Source of the DNA: Patescibacteria group bacterium
Lineage (GTDB): Bacteria > Patescibacteriota > Minisyncoccia > Minisyncoccales > RBG-13-36-15
Reading direction: 5' to 3'
Assembly: GCA_022574775.1 (NCBI GenBank)
Contig: JACZRI010000001.1
Span: forward strand, 31,631-95,630
DNA length: 64,000 nucleotides
The translations under genes and the position numbers were made by a program. The notes under the pieces were generated by a model that made no database searches, was not told where the DNA came from, and saw only the letters and a list, made by a program, of their open reading frames with translations. This document shows positions 49,421 to 58,001 of this stretch, piece after piece (within the stretch, counting starts at the first letter, position 1; every line of letters begins with the position of its first letter).

Positions 49421-52204
49421 ATGATTTCAAAACATTCTGTTTCTTACATCATCTACGGCTTGGTGTTTCTAGCTTTTTTTATAGTGCCTGGCCTTTTTCG
49501 GCTGCTGACTGACTGGTATTGGTTTGAGGAGATTGGCTTTAGCAATATTTTTACTACTATTCTTGGAGCCAAGATTTTTTTGGGATTGGTGGTGGGGCTT
49601 TTTAGCTTTTTTATTATTTACGGCAATCTTTTGCTGGCCAGGCGGTTTGTTCAATCAAAGCCGCTGGTTGTCCGCCTGCCCGCTTCGATGAATTTTCAGC
49701 AAGGCGAGCGCGAAGGCGCGCAAGGCGGAATCACTCAGATTCAAGAATTGAATGTAGGGAGCTATATTGATAAACTCATCTTGCCAATTTCACTGATACT
49801 CGGATTTTTGACCGGCCTGGTTGGGGCGGGCAGTTGGGAAACGGTGCTTAAATATTTTAACGCAACGCCTTTTAACATAAAAGATCCGATATTTGGCCGT
49901 GATATTGCTTTTTATTTCTTTGATTTGCCGTTTATCCAGTTTTTAATTGGAATAGGATTTTGGATTATTGCTGTGTCTCTGATCGGAGTGGCTGTAATCT
50001 ATGTTTTGCGCGGCGCTATTATTTTAAGACAACCAGCTCCGGGATATGGAGCTCTGAAATCTTTATTTATAGAAAAGACTGCTAAGGTCCACCTGTCAAT
50101 TTTTGCCGTTTTTTTGTTTGTCTTGACTGCCGTGCAGATTTATTTCATTAAAATTCCGTCTTTGCTCTATAGCACTACAGGACCCTTTACCGGCGCCAGT
50201 TTTACCGATATTCATGCTACTTTGCCGTTTTTGAAAATACTCATTTTTGTAGCCATTGCAGCAGCCTTGCTGACTGTGATAAATATTTTTAGGCCAAATA
50301 ACCGTTTCATTGTTTTAGCTGTCGGTATCTATATCGCAGTTTCAATTTTAGGCGGTTTGGTATATCCTACCATTCTGCAGAGATTCTTGGTTTTACCAAA
50401 TGAATTAGTCAAAGAAACCCCTTACATCAAACATAATATTGAGGCAACGCAAAAAGCCTTTGCCTTGGATAAGGTGACGGAGCGCAATCTAACTGGAGAA
50501 GCCACGCTTACCATGGCTGATATCAATAACAACCGCTCCACTATTAAAAACGTGCGGCTCTGGGACCGTGGTCCCCTTCTTGACACTTTTGGCCAGCTCC
50601 AGGAAATCCGTACCTACTATGATTTTGTCTCTATTGACAACGACCGTTACCAGCTAAACGGTGACTACCGTCAGGTTTTGCTTTCTCCCAGGGAGCTTGA
50701 TTCCGAAGCGCTGCCTCAGCGTACCTTTATCAACGAACGCCTGACTTTTACTCATGGCTTTGGGCTTACTCTAAGCCCGGTTAACGAAGTAACGCCAGAA
50801 GGCTTGCCTGTGCTGTTTTTAAAAGATTTGCCTCCTTCATCAAGCATAGAATCGCTTGCAGTAACTCGGCCGGAAATATACTACGGAGAGCTGGCCAGCG
50901 ACTGGGTGGTAGTCAACACCAAAACCAAAGAATTCAATTATCCGTCGGGCGAGAAAAATGTCTTTATAAACTATGAGGGAAAAGGAGGCGTAAAAGTTGA
51001 ATCGATTTTCCGCAAAGTATTGTTTGCCATAAGATTTAAGTCAGTGAAAATTCTTTTGTCCAACGACATCACTCAAGATTCAAGAATAATGTATTACCGC
51101 AATATTGAGGAAAGAGTCAGACGAGTTCTGCCTTTCCTGCGTTTGGACCAAGATCCTTACATGGTCGTTACCGAAGAAGGCGAGCTGAAATGGATTTACG
51201 ATGCCTACACTACTTCGGACCGCTATCCGTATGCTGAGTTGGTCAAAGACACGTTTAGTTTTTCCCCCGGAAGAAATATTAATTACATTAGAAATTCGGT
51301 TAAGGTGGTAATTGATGCTTATGACGGCAAAATGACGTTTTACATCGCCGACATTAACGATCCGGTTATTAAAACCTATGCCAAGATTTTTAAGGATTCG
51401 TTTTTGCCGATTGAAGAAATGAGCAGCGATTTGAAAGCCCACATCAGATATCCGGAAGACTTATTTGCATACCAAACCAAACTTTACACGGTATACCACA
51501 TGGATGAAGTGCAGATTTTCTACAATAAAGAAGATCAGTGGCAGGTTCCAATCATTGCAAGCGGAACACAGGCCGATCCAATGATGAGACACATGATTAT
51601 GAAACTGCCGGGAGAAGAACGGGAGGAGTTTATTTTAATGATTCCTTTTACCCCACGCGGCAAAGACAATTTGTCAGCCTGGATGGTGGCGCGAAATGAC
51701 GGAGAATTTTACGGTCAGTTGGTGGTTTACCGTTTCCCAAAGCAAAAACTGGTTTTCGGCCCCAAACAGATAACCAATCGCATTAATCAGGATGCGGATA
51801 TTTCACGCCAAATTTCCCTTTGGGATCAGAGAGGCTCTAGGGTTATCAGAGGCAACCTTTTGGTGATTCCGATTGAGGAGTCGCTTATTTATGTTCAACC
51901 GATTTACCTGCAGGCCGAAGGCGGCAAGATCCCAGAGCTAAAAAGAGTGATTGTGGCTTACGAGAACCGTATTGCCATGGAAGAAACCCTGGGTTTAGCG
52001 CTGGAGAGGATATTTGGCGGCAGAGTTATCGTGGACGAAAAGACAACGCCGATATCTGCGGCACAACCTTTTACCGATGACGATTTGATCCGCCAAATCA
52101 GAGAGCATTTTGACCGTGCTATGCAGGCCCAACGCCGCGGCGACTGGGGTTTGTACGGCGAAGAAATTAAAAAACTTGGAGAATTGTTGGAAAGTATAAA
52201 ATAA
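49421..52204 (+). CDS. UPF0182-family large membrane protein
   Basis: ~927 aa. About 7 N-terminal TM helices, then a long extracytoplasmic region with the family's typical conserved blocks (NIEATQKAF, NVRLWD, RYPEDLF, IFYNKEDQWQVP, LLVIPIE..LIYVQPIYLQA). Visibly GC-richer than its neighbours. Confidence 0.75.
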   Translation: MISKHSVSYIIYGLVFLAFFIVPGLFRLLTDWYWFEEIGFSNIFTTILGAKIFLGLVVGLFSFFIIYGNLLLARRFVQSKPLVVRLPASMNFQQGEREGAQGGITQIQELNVGSYIDKLILPISLILGFLTGLVGAGSWETVLKYFNATPFNIKDPIFGRDIAFYFFDLPFIQFLIGIGFWIIAVSLIGVAVIYVLRGAIILRQPAPGYGALKSLFIEKTAKVHLSIFAVFLFVLTAVQIYFIKIPSLLYSTTGPFTGASFTDIHATLPFLKILIFVAIAAALLTVINIFRPNNRFIVLAVGIYIAVSILGGLVYPTILQRFLVLPNELVKETPYIKHNIEATQKAFALDKVTERNLTGEATLTMADINNNRSTIKNVRLWDRGPLLDTFGQLQEIRTYYDFVSIDNDRYQLNGDYRQVLLSPRELDSEALPQRTFINERLTFTHGFGLTLSPVNEVTPEGLPVLFLKDLPPSSSIESLAVTRPEIYYGELASDWVVVNTKTKEFNYPSGEKNVFINYEGKGGVKVESIFRKVLFAIRFKSVKILLSNDITQDSRIMYYRNIEERVRRVLPFLRLDQDPYMVVTEEGELKWIYDAYTTSDRYPYAELVKDTFSFSPGRNINYIRNSVKVVIDAYDGKMTFYIADINDPVIKTYAKIFKDSFLPIEEMSSDLKAHIRYPEDLFAYQTKLYTVYHMDEVQIFYNKEDQWQVPIIASGTQADPMMRHMIMKLPGEEREEFILMIPFTPRGKDNLSAWMVARNDGEFYGQLVVYRFPKQKLVFGPKQITNRINQDADISRQISLWDQRGSRVIRGNLLVIPIEESLIYVQPIYLQAEGGKIPELKRVIVAYENRIAMEETLGLALERIFGGRVIVDEKTTPISAAQPFTDDDLIRQIREHFDRAMQAQRRGDWGLYGEEIKKLGELLESIK

Positions 52205-52291
52205 TTAAAACCTAATATTATTATGAACTGGCAAAACCGCCGAGAAAACAGTTTTATTTGACAGATATTTATAATTTGTGCTAATTTATAG

Positions 52292-52423
52292 GTAGGTCTG
52301 GCTGTGGTGCTAGCTTGAAGGTTTTTGGAGGGTTTGCCCTCTTTCACTTCGGTAAAGCCCATCAGCCTACCTTCCAAGCCAGGGATAGAGAGAGCGGAAA
52401 CTCTTTGTCCCTGGCACTTTTTT
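52292..52423 (+). ncRNA. Candidate ~130-nt structured small RNA (unknown family)
   Basis: A -35 TTGACA (52258-52263) with a weak extended -10 lies upstream. Closing helix gtagg/cctac (52292-96 / 52366-70), internal hairpins gaggg-tttg-ccctc and a UUCG-capped stem, then a long terminator gccaggga...tccctggc (52378-52415) plus T6. No ORF. Confidence 0.35.
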
Positions 52424-52497
52424 ATTTGACAAAATACTAGTTCTGTAATAGTGTTGAAATAGTTAAAAGCACATTCCCAACAAGGAGGACGAAGATT

Positions 52498-52803
52498 ATG
52501 AGAAAAGATGACAAAGAAGAACCTATACCTATAGATTATTTTAGTCCAGAAACAATACGACAGGCAAAGGCAAGAGGCAGATTTTGGCAGTGTATTCGTC
52601 GCCAGCAAAATAAAACTAAAGATGAAGTTTCAGAAGCTACAGGAGCCACACGCTACCAAGTGGCACAGTTCGAAAAAGGATTAATTTTACTTGCGGATTT
52701 ACCAAAAGCTTTCATTGTTCACTTGGCAGGTTTCCTGGGGCGTGAAAGTGCCCTTGATGAAAATATTCAGAGGTTCGAATACGAATACCTTTTTCATACT
52801 TGA
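52498..52803 (+). CDS. XRE-family helix-turn-helix protein
   Basis: 101 aa. HTH segment KTKDEVSEATGATRYQVAQFEKG. SD aaggagg, own promoter-like element, and a terminator at 52861-52889. Confidence 0.65.
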   Translation: MRKDDKEEPIPIDYFSPETIRQAKARGRFWQCIRRQQNKTKDEVSEATGATRYQVAQFEKGLILLADLPKAFIVHLAGFLGRESALDENIQRFEYEYLFHT

Positions 52804-52860
52804 TAGATGAGTTAGATAATCCTTGACGATGAATATACTGATTAAATACTGCAAAAATAA

Positions 52861-52889
52861 GCGGTGAGATAACATCACACCGCCTTTTT
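52861..52889 (+). terminator. Rho-independent terminator after the XRE gene
   Basis: gcggtg...caccgc followed by TTTTT. Confidence 0.5.
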
Positions 52890-53098
52890 ATTTACCTCAC
52901 ACAGGTTCTAATCTCATCCGCTAGACAACCCATCTTTCGTTAAAACTATGGATGTCAGCCTGCCAATTAAAAATCGCCAAGAAGCATGCCCCGTACCTCC
53001 CAACAGGTCGGAATGGTTCTGGGGGCGGTTTTATTTTTAAATTACCCCAACTTTTGCATATAGACATCAATTCAATATTTATATATATTTAAAACATC

Positions 53099-54649
53099 AT
53101 GCCTTCAAAAATATACTCAGTAGCAATAGTTGGTCTTGACGCCCAGATTGTGGAGGTAGAAGTTGAATCATCATACGGACTTCGTTCTTTCACTATCGTT
53201 GGGCTGCCCGATAAAGCGGTTGAGGAATCAAAAGAAAGAATTGCCTCAGCCATTAAAAGCATTGGTTTCAGATCCCCTTATCAGCAGCCATTGCGCGTAT
53301 TGGTAAATTTAGCTCCAGCAGATTTAAAAAAAGAAGGTTCTCTTTATGATCTTCCTATTGCCTTGGGTTTCTTAGTAGCTTCTGAACAATTAAAATTCAA
53401 TCCTGAAAAGAAAATTTTTCTTGGCGAACTGGGCTTGGACGGTAAATTAAGACCGGTGAAAGGAGTATTGTCTTTTGCCCTTAAAGCGAAAGAAAAACAT
53501 TATACGGAGATCATTTTGCCAAAAGCCAATACAAAAGAAGCAGCTTTAGTTAAAGATATAAAAGTCATTGGAATTGATAATTTAAAAGAGCTTATCCCCC
53601 ATCTTGAAGGTAAAAAAGAAATTACCTCTTTGAAAATTAAAAGCGAAGATTTATTTGAAGAACCAGAGTATCCAATAGACATCAACTGGATTCGAGGTCA
53701 AGAGCATGGGAAAAGAGCTCTAGAAATTGCAGCAGCTGGTGCCCATAATCTTATGATGGTAGGCCCGCCTGGCGCCGGAAAGACTCTTTTGGCAAAAAGC
53801 CTTCCTTCTATTTTGCCTCCACTTTCTTTTGAAGAATCTTTGGAGGTGACAAAAATTTATAGTGTCATCGGCATTTTACCCAAAGGAAAACCTCTTATTA
53901 ACATTAGGCCCTTTCGCTATCCTCATCATACTTCATCTGAAGTGGCGTTGATTGGAGGAGGAAATCCTCCATTTCCCGGCGAGATAACATTGGCTCATAG
54001 AGGAGTTCTCTTTTTAGACGAGTTTCCTGAATTTCATAGAGATGTTTTAGAAAGTCTTCGCCAGCCGATTGAGGAGGGGCAGATTACCTTATTGAGGGCA
54101 AGACACTCTTTAACTTTACCGTGTTCTTTCACCTTGGTGGCGGCTTCGAATCCTTGCCCTTGCGGTTACTTTAATGATCCGGAAAAGGATTGTAAGTGTT
54201 TAGGGATTCAAGTTCAGAAATATCGAAGAAAACTTTCCGGCCCTATTACTGACCGAATGGACCTTTTCATTGAAGTTCCCCATTTAAAATACGAGAAATT
54301 GGTTATGGAAAGTAACCAAAGAATTAGCCCTCAAATTAGAGAAAGAGTAAAAGTGGCCAGAGAAATTCAGAAAAAGAGATTTCAAAATGAGAAAAATAGC
54401 GTTCAATTGAACTCAGTCAAAGTCTTGGTCAATTCTGAAATGATTATTCCCCAAATTAAGAAATATTGCCAGATTGAGCAAAAATCCGAAAACCTTTTGC
54501 GAAAAGCTGTTAACTCAAGAGAACTTTCAGCCCGCGGCTATCACAGGGTTTTGAAGGTAGCCAGGACCATTGCTGATTTGAATTCAGCAGAAAAAATTTC
54601 TTTTGAACATTTGGCTGAAGCTTTGATGTATAGAGTGAGGGAATCATAA
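53099..54649 (+). CDS. comM: YifB/ComM-family Mg-chelatase-like AAA ATPase
   Basis: N-terminal Lon-like domain (VEVEVESSYGLRSFTIVGLPDKAVEESKERI), Walker A GPPGAGKT, Walker B VLFLDEFPEF, and C-terminal SARGYHRVLKVARTIADL. Confidence 0.9.
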   Translation: MPSKIYSVAIVGLDAQIVEVEVESSYGLRSFTIVGLPDKAVEESKERIASAIKSIGFRSPYQQPLRVLVNLAPADLKKEGSLYDLPIALGFLVASEQLKFNPEKKIFLGELGLDGKLRPVKGVLSFALKAKEKHYTEIILPKANTKEAALVKDIKVIGIDNLKELIPHLEGKKEITSLKIKSEDLFEEPEYPIDINWIRGQEHGKRALEIAAAGAHNLMMVGPPGAGKTLLAKSLPSILPPLSFEESLEVTKIYSVIGILPKGKPLINIRPFRYPHHTSSEVALIGGGNPPFPGEITLAHRGVLFLDEFPEFHRDVLESLRQPIEEGQITLLRARHSLTLPCSFTLVAASNPCPCGYFNDPEKDCKCLGIQVQKYRRKLSGPITDRMDLFIEVPHLKYEKLVMESNQRISPQIRERVKVAREIQKKRFQNEKNSVQLNSVKVLVNSEMIIPQIKKYCQIEQKSENLLRKAVNSRELSARGYHRVLKVARTIADLNSAEKISFEHLAEALMYRVRES

Positions 54650-54661
54650 ACTTTTTAACAT

Positions 54662-54733
54662 CGGGGCATGGTGTAATGGTAACATACACGCTTCGGGAGC
54701 GTGTGATTCTGGGTTCAAATCCCAGTGCCCCGA
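54662..54733 (+). tRNA. tRNA-Pro (anticodon CGG)
   Basis: Acceptor cggggca/tgccccg (C1-G72), anticodon stem cacgc/gcgtg with loop ttCGGga, T arm ctggg-ttcaaat-cccag, discriminator A. Confidence 0.9.
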
Positions 54734-54740
54734 CAAAATT

Positions 54741-54811
54741 GGGCCTATAGTATAGTGGTAGTACATCGCATTCGCATTGCGGAGACGCGAGTTCGACTCT
54801 CGCTAGGTCCA
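54741..54811 (+). tRNA. tRNA-Ala (anticodon CGC)
   Basis: Acceptor gggccta/taggtcc with the G3:U70 alanine identity pair. Anticodon stem tcgca/tgcgg with loop ttCGCat, T arm gcgag-ttcgact-ctcgc. Confidence 0.9.
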
Positions 54812-54821
54812 CCGAGTCATT

Positions 54822-55214
54822 ATGACCTTCTCAACAAAAAAATTAGGAGATTTGGGAGAGAGAGTTGCTGCGGAGTATTTAAAAAGCAAGGGCTACCAGA
54901 TTTTAGCGAAAAATTATATTCCTAAATTTGCCGATTTGAATAAATCCGAGATTGATATTATAGCGAAAAAAACAGGGATTATTACCTTTGTTGAGGTGAA
55001 AGCTGTTTCTGGAAATTTAAACTCTCCATTTTTGCCTCAAGACAAAGTTGATTATTTAAAACAGAGAAAAATAATCAAAGCTGCAAAAATGTACCTTTTA
55101 GAAAAGAAATTGTTTGACTATCCTTGGCAGATTGATATTATCGCCTTGAAAATTGATTTGAATACTCAAAAAGCTAAAACCTGGCATTTGGAAAACGTTG
55201 TTTCTGAATCTTAA
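54822..55214 (+). CDS. yraN: YraN-family (UPF0102) endonuclease-like protein
   Basis: GERVAAEYLKSKGYQILAKNY...EIDIIAKK...ITFVEVKA pattern. 130 aa. Confidence 0.8.
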   Translation: MTFSTKKLGDLGERVAAEYLKSKGYQILAKNYIPKFADLNKSEIDIIAKKTGIITFVEVKAVSGNLNSPFLPQDKVDYLKQRKIIKAAKMYLLEKKLFDYPWQIDIIALKIDLNTQKAKTWHLENVVSES

Positions 55215-55295
55215 ACCCCAAAGGAACTGTGGTTAAACAACAAAAAGTTTTCCGCAGTGATATATATTTCCAATTTGTTATAATAAAATTGCAAT

Positions 55296-56525
55296 ATGGT
55301 TCTTTGGTTTAGAAAAAAACAAAATAAACAGCAGGAGACTATTGGGTTTGAGCCGGAAGAGCAAAAAACCCCCTTATTAGGACGGATTCTTTTAGTTATT
55401 TTAACTGTTGTCTTGCTTTACTTTGGCTGGGCGGGACTTTCTGATTTAGGAAAAATACCCGAAAGACCAGAAAGACTCTCTGATTGTTCTATACGATATT
55501 ATCGCGAAGGAAGATTAAATCATATTGAGCGATATAAGGGTGATTATTTAAAATATGATGACATAGGTCGAATACAGGTTTTACGGACTTATGATGACAT
55601 AGGTCGAACACAGGTTTTACGGACTTGTGTTTTTTCACAATATGAAAAAGAAACCGGGGTATCTTCAGATTACAAGGATGCCCAACTCATCTGGCAGGAA
55701 AAAGACAATTTTTCACGCAGCACCATTGAACCACTTCAGAAACAACTTTCCCAGCTTCGGACCCAGATTTCAAAAAAAGAAAACGAATACAATACCAGCT
55801 TGAGAGAAGTTACAGCTGGGCAACCGCCAGTTAGTAAGACACCAGAAGAGCTCCGTCAAGAATTACAAACTTTTCAAAAACAGGAACAATCTCTTTCTCA
55901 AGAGCTTGCGAGGCACCAAGTTACTTTAAATCAACTTGAGAGTAAATTGGGAGAAAAAGAGAGTATTCTCGTCGGTAAAATCAACAAAGCTATCGACCTT
56001 TATAATAAAAGCTGGGCAGGCTACAAGTTTTGGGTATTCTTGCTTGAAATGACCTTTGCCTTGCCATTTTTTGCAGTATCGGTTTGGTTCTATTTCAAGC
56101 TTCTTCGGAAAAACAGCCCCCATACAATTATTCTTTTGCCCGTTGTTTCTGTTGGCGCAATCCTTGTCGCAAGAAATCTTATTATTTATTTCTGGGCTTC
56201 ATTTTTAGCTGACCTTATTGCAATTATTTTACAGCTAGCTGGAGCTTTATTGATATTCAGAGTCCTCATTTTCTATTTTGGAATGTTTCTTGCGATTGTT
56301 ATATTCGGCGGGGCGGTGTTCCTTTTACAAAAAAGAATATACGCGCCTCAAAGAGTAAAATTACGAAGGCTGAAAGCCAAAAGATGTCCTCACTGTGAAA
56401 CACCAGTTGAGTTTACGAAAAAATTCTGTGCTGGTTGCGGTAGTTCCCTAATTCAGAAATGTCCATCTTGCGACCAGGATAAATTTATTGACTTTAAATT
56501 CTGTCCCCATTGCGGCAGATCATAG
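55296..56525 (+). CDS. Membrane protein with coiled-coil ectodomain, 4-5 TM helices and a C-terminal double zinc ribbon
   Basis: 409 aa. C-terminus CPHCETPVEFTKKFCAGCGSSLIQKCPSCDQDKFIDFKFCPHCG. Contains an internal 12-aa tandem duplication. Confidence 0.6.
   Translation: MVLWFRKKQNKQQETIGFEPEEQKTPLLGRILLVILTVVLLYFGWAGLSDLGKIPERPERLSDCSIRYYREGRLNHIERYKGDYLKYDDIGRIQVLRTYDDIGRTQVLRTCVFSQYEKETGVSSDYKDAQLIWQEKDNFSRSTIEPLQKQLSQLRTQISKKENEYNTSLREVTAGQPPVSKTPEELRQELQTFQKQEQSLSQELARHQVTLNQLESKLGEKESILVGKINKAIDLYNKSWAGYKFWVFLLEMTFALPFFAVSVWFYFKLLRKNSPHTIILLPVVSVGAILVARNLIIYFWASFLADLIAIILQLAGALLIFRVLIFYFGMFLAIVIFGGAVFLLQKRIYAPQRVKLRRLKAKRCPHCETPVEFTKKFCAGCGSSLIQKCPSCDQDKFIDFKFCPHCGRS
55554..55625 (+). 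repeat. 36-nt perfect-frame tandem duplication (2 copies, 1 mismatch) inside CDS 55296..56525
   Basis: tatgatgacataggtcgaa(t/c)acaggttttacggact occurs twice, encoding YDDIGR(I/T)QVLRT twice. Confidence 0.9.
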
Positions 56526-56537
56526 AATAAAGTAAAG

Positions 56538-56566
56538 TTGACAAACCTTTTTCAAAGGCTTATAAT
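56538..56566 (+). promoter_or_regulatory. Consensus sigma70-type promoter upstream of nusA
   Basis: TTGACA at 56538-56543, a 17-nt spacer, TATAAT at 56561-56566. Confidence 0.7.
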
Positions 56567-56592
56567 AAAAGTGAATCTTGAATGATAAGTTT

Positions 56593-56619
56593 ATGTCCGT
56601 TGTCTAACGGACATTTTTT
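56593..56619 (+). terminator. Intrinsic terminator/attenuator hairpin in the nusA leader
   Basis: The 9-bp stem atgtccgtt/aacggacat (56593-56614, loop gtct) is followed by TTTTT and lies immediately before the nusA start. Confidence 0.6.
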
Positions 56620-56625
56620 GTGAAT

Positions 56626-57942
56626 ATGGATATAAAAAGTTTTACTTCAGCTGTAGCCCAAATTGCGGAAGAGAAAGGTATTCCTGCTGAAAAAGTGCAA
56701 GACATTATTGAACAGGCAATCGCTTCTGCATATAAAAAGGATTATGGGAAAAAAGGACAGGTTATCAAGGCAGAATTAAATCCTGCGACTGGGCAGGCTA
56801 AGTTTTGGCAGGTAAAATTAGTGGTAGATTCCTCAATGATTCTTGCTGAAGAAGAATTAGTTGAAAAAAAGGAAAAAGAGATTGATGAACCCTCTTTCGC
56901 CAAGGCTACGGAGGGCGAGGAAAAAATCCGTTTTAATTCAGAGAGACATATACTTCTGAAAGACGCCAAGAAAATAAATCCCAAGATTAAAATCAATGAA
57001 GAGCTGGAAATTTCCTTAGAGGCAAAAGGAGATTATGGCAGAATTGCGGCTCAAACAGCCAAACAAGTAATTTTACAAAGGATTAGAGAAGCAGAAAGAG
57101 ATATTGTTTTTGAAGAGTACAAAGCAAAAGAGGATGAGATAATTTCTGGAATAATACAGAGAATTGAGGGGACAAATGTTTTTGTGGACATTGGAAAGAC
57201 ACTGGGAGTTTTGCCTAAAGAAGAACAAGTGAGGGGGGAATTTTATCGCTTCGGCCAGAGATTAAAATTCTATATTTTAAAGGTAGAAAAAACTTCAAGA
57301 GGATCTGTTATTTTTCTCTCTCGGGCCTATCCAAAAATAATTTCACAACTTTTTGAGTTAGAGGTCCCGGAAATATCTCAAGGCCTGGTGCAAATCAAGT
57401 CCGTTGCCAGAGAGGCAGGGTCTCGTTCTAAAGTTGCAGTAATATCAACTCAAGAAGAAATTGATCCCATTGGTTCTATGGTTGGTCAGAGAGGAACAAG
57501 GGTCCAAGCTGTGATTAATGAATTGGGAGGAGAAAGAATAGATATTATTGAATATGTGGAAGATCAAGAGAACTATATTGCAAATTCTCTTTCCCCTGCC
57601 AAAATTGAGGAAGTGAAAATTTTACCAAGAAACAAAGCATTAGCTATCTGCCGCGAAGATCAATTATCATTGGCTATTGGGAAAGATGGTCAGAATGTAA
57701 GACTGGCAGCGAAACTTACTGGTTGGAAAATAGACATAAGGAGCGTGGAGAAGGCTAAAGAAGAGCCAGGTGAAGAAGAGCCAGATGAAAAAGAGAAAGG
57801 AAGCAAGAAGAAATCCTCTGATATTAAGTCTGCCAGTCCGGCAGGCGAGGCTATAGATGCCAAGGAGAAAAAAACGACGAAAGACGAAAAGGCCACGAAA
57901 AAAAAGGAGACTAAAAAGAAAACAACTAAGAAAAATAAATGA
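56626..57942 (+). CDS. nusA: Transcription termination/antitermination factor NusA with a K/E-rich C-terminal tail
   Basis: N-terminal domain, S1 (GIIQRIEGTNVFVDIG), KH1/KH2 (DPIGSMVGQRGTRVQAV; LAIGKDGQNVRLAAKLTGWKIDI). The ATG at 56626 is preferred over the GTG at 56620. Confidence 0.9.
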   Translation: MDIKSFTSAVAQIAEEKGIPAEKVQDIIEQAIASAYKKDYGKKGQVIKAELNPATGQAKFWQVKLVVDSSMILAEEELVEKKEKEIDEPSFAKATEGEEKIRFNSERHILLKDAKKINPKIKINEELEISLEAKGDYGRIAAQTAKQVILQRIREAERDIVFEEYKAKEDEIISGIIQRIEGTNVFVDIGKTLGVLPKEEQVRGEFYRFGQRLKFYILKVEKTSRGSVIFLSRAYPKIISQLFELEVPEISQGLVQIKSVAREAGSRSKVAVISTQEEIDPIGSMVGQRGTRVQAVINELGGERIDIIEYVEDQENYIANSLSPAKIEEVKILPRNKALAICREDQLSLAIGKDGQNVRLAAKLTGWKIDIRSVEKAKEEPGEEEPDEKEKGSKKKSSDIKSASPAGEAIDAKEKKTTKDEKATKKKETKKKTTKKNK

Positions 57943-58001
57943 CCAATTCCTAATTTCTAACAATTAGAAATTGAATATTAGTAATTAGAAATTTTACAAG
58001 T

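Noticed and set aside
52292-52423. Identification of the candidate sRNA as SRP (4.5S) RNA.
   Set aside because: The reverse complement contains GGAAGGUAGG, which superficially resembles the helix-8 GGAAGCAGCC. However, the conserved AGCA/GNAR arrangement is absent and the promoter and terminator point the other way.
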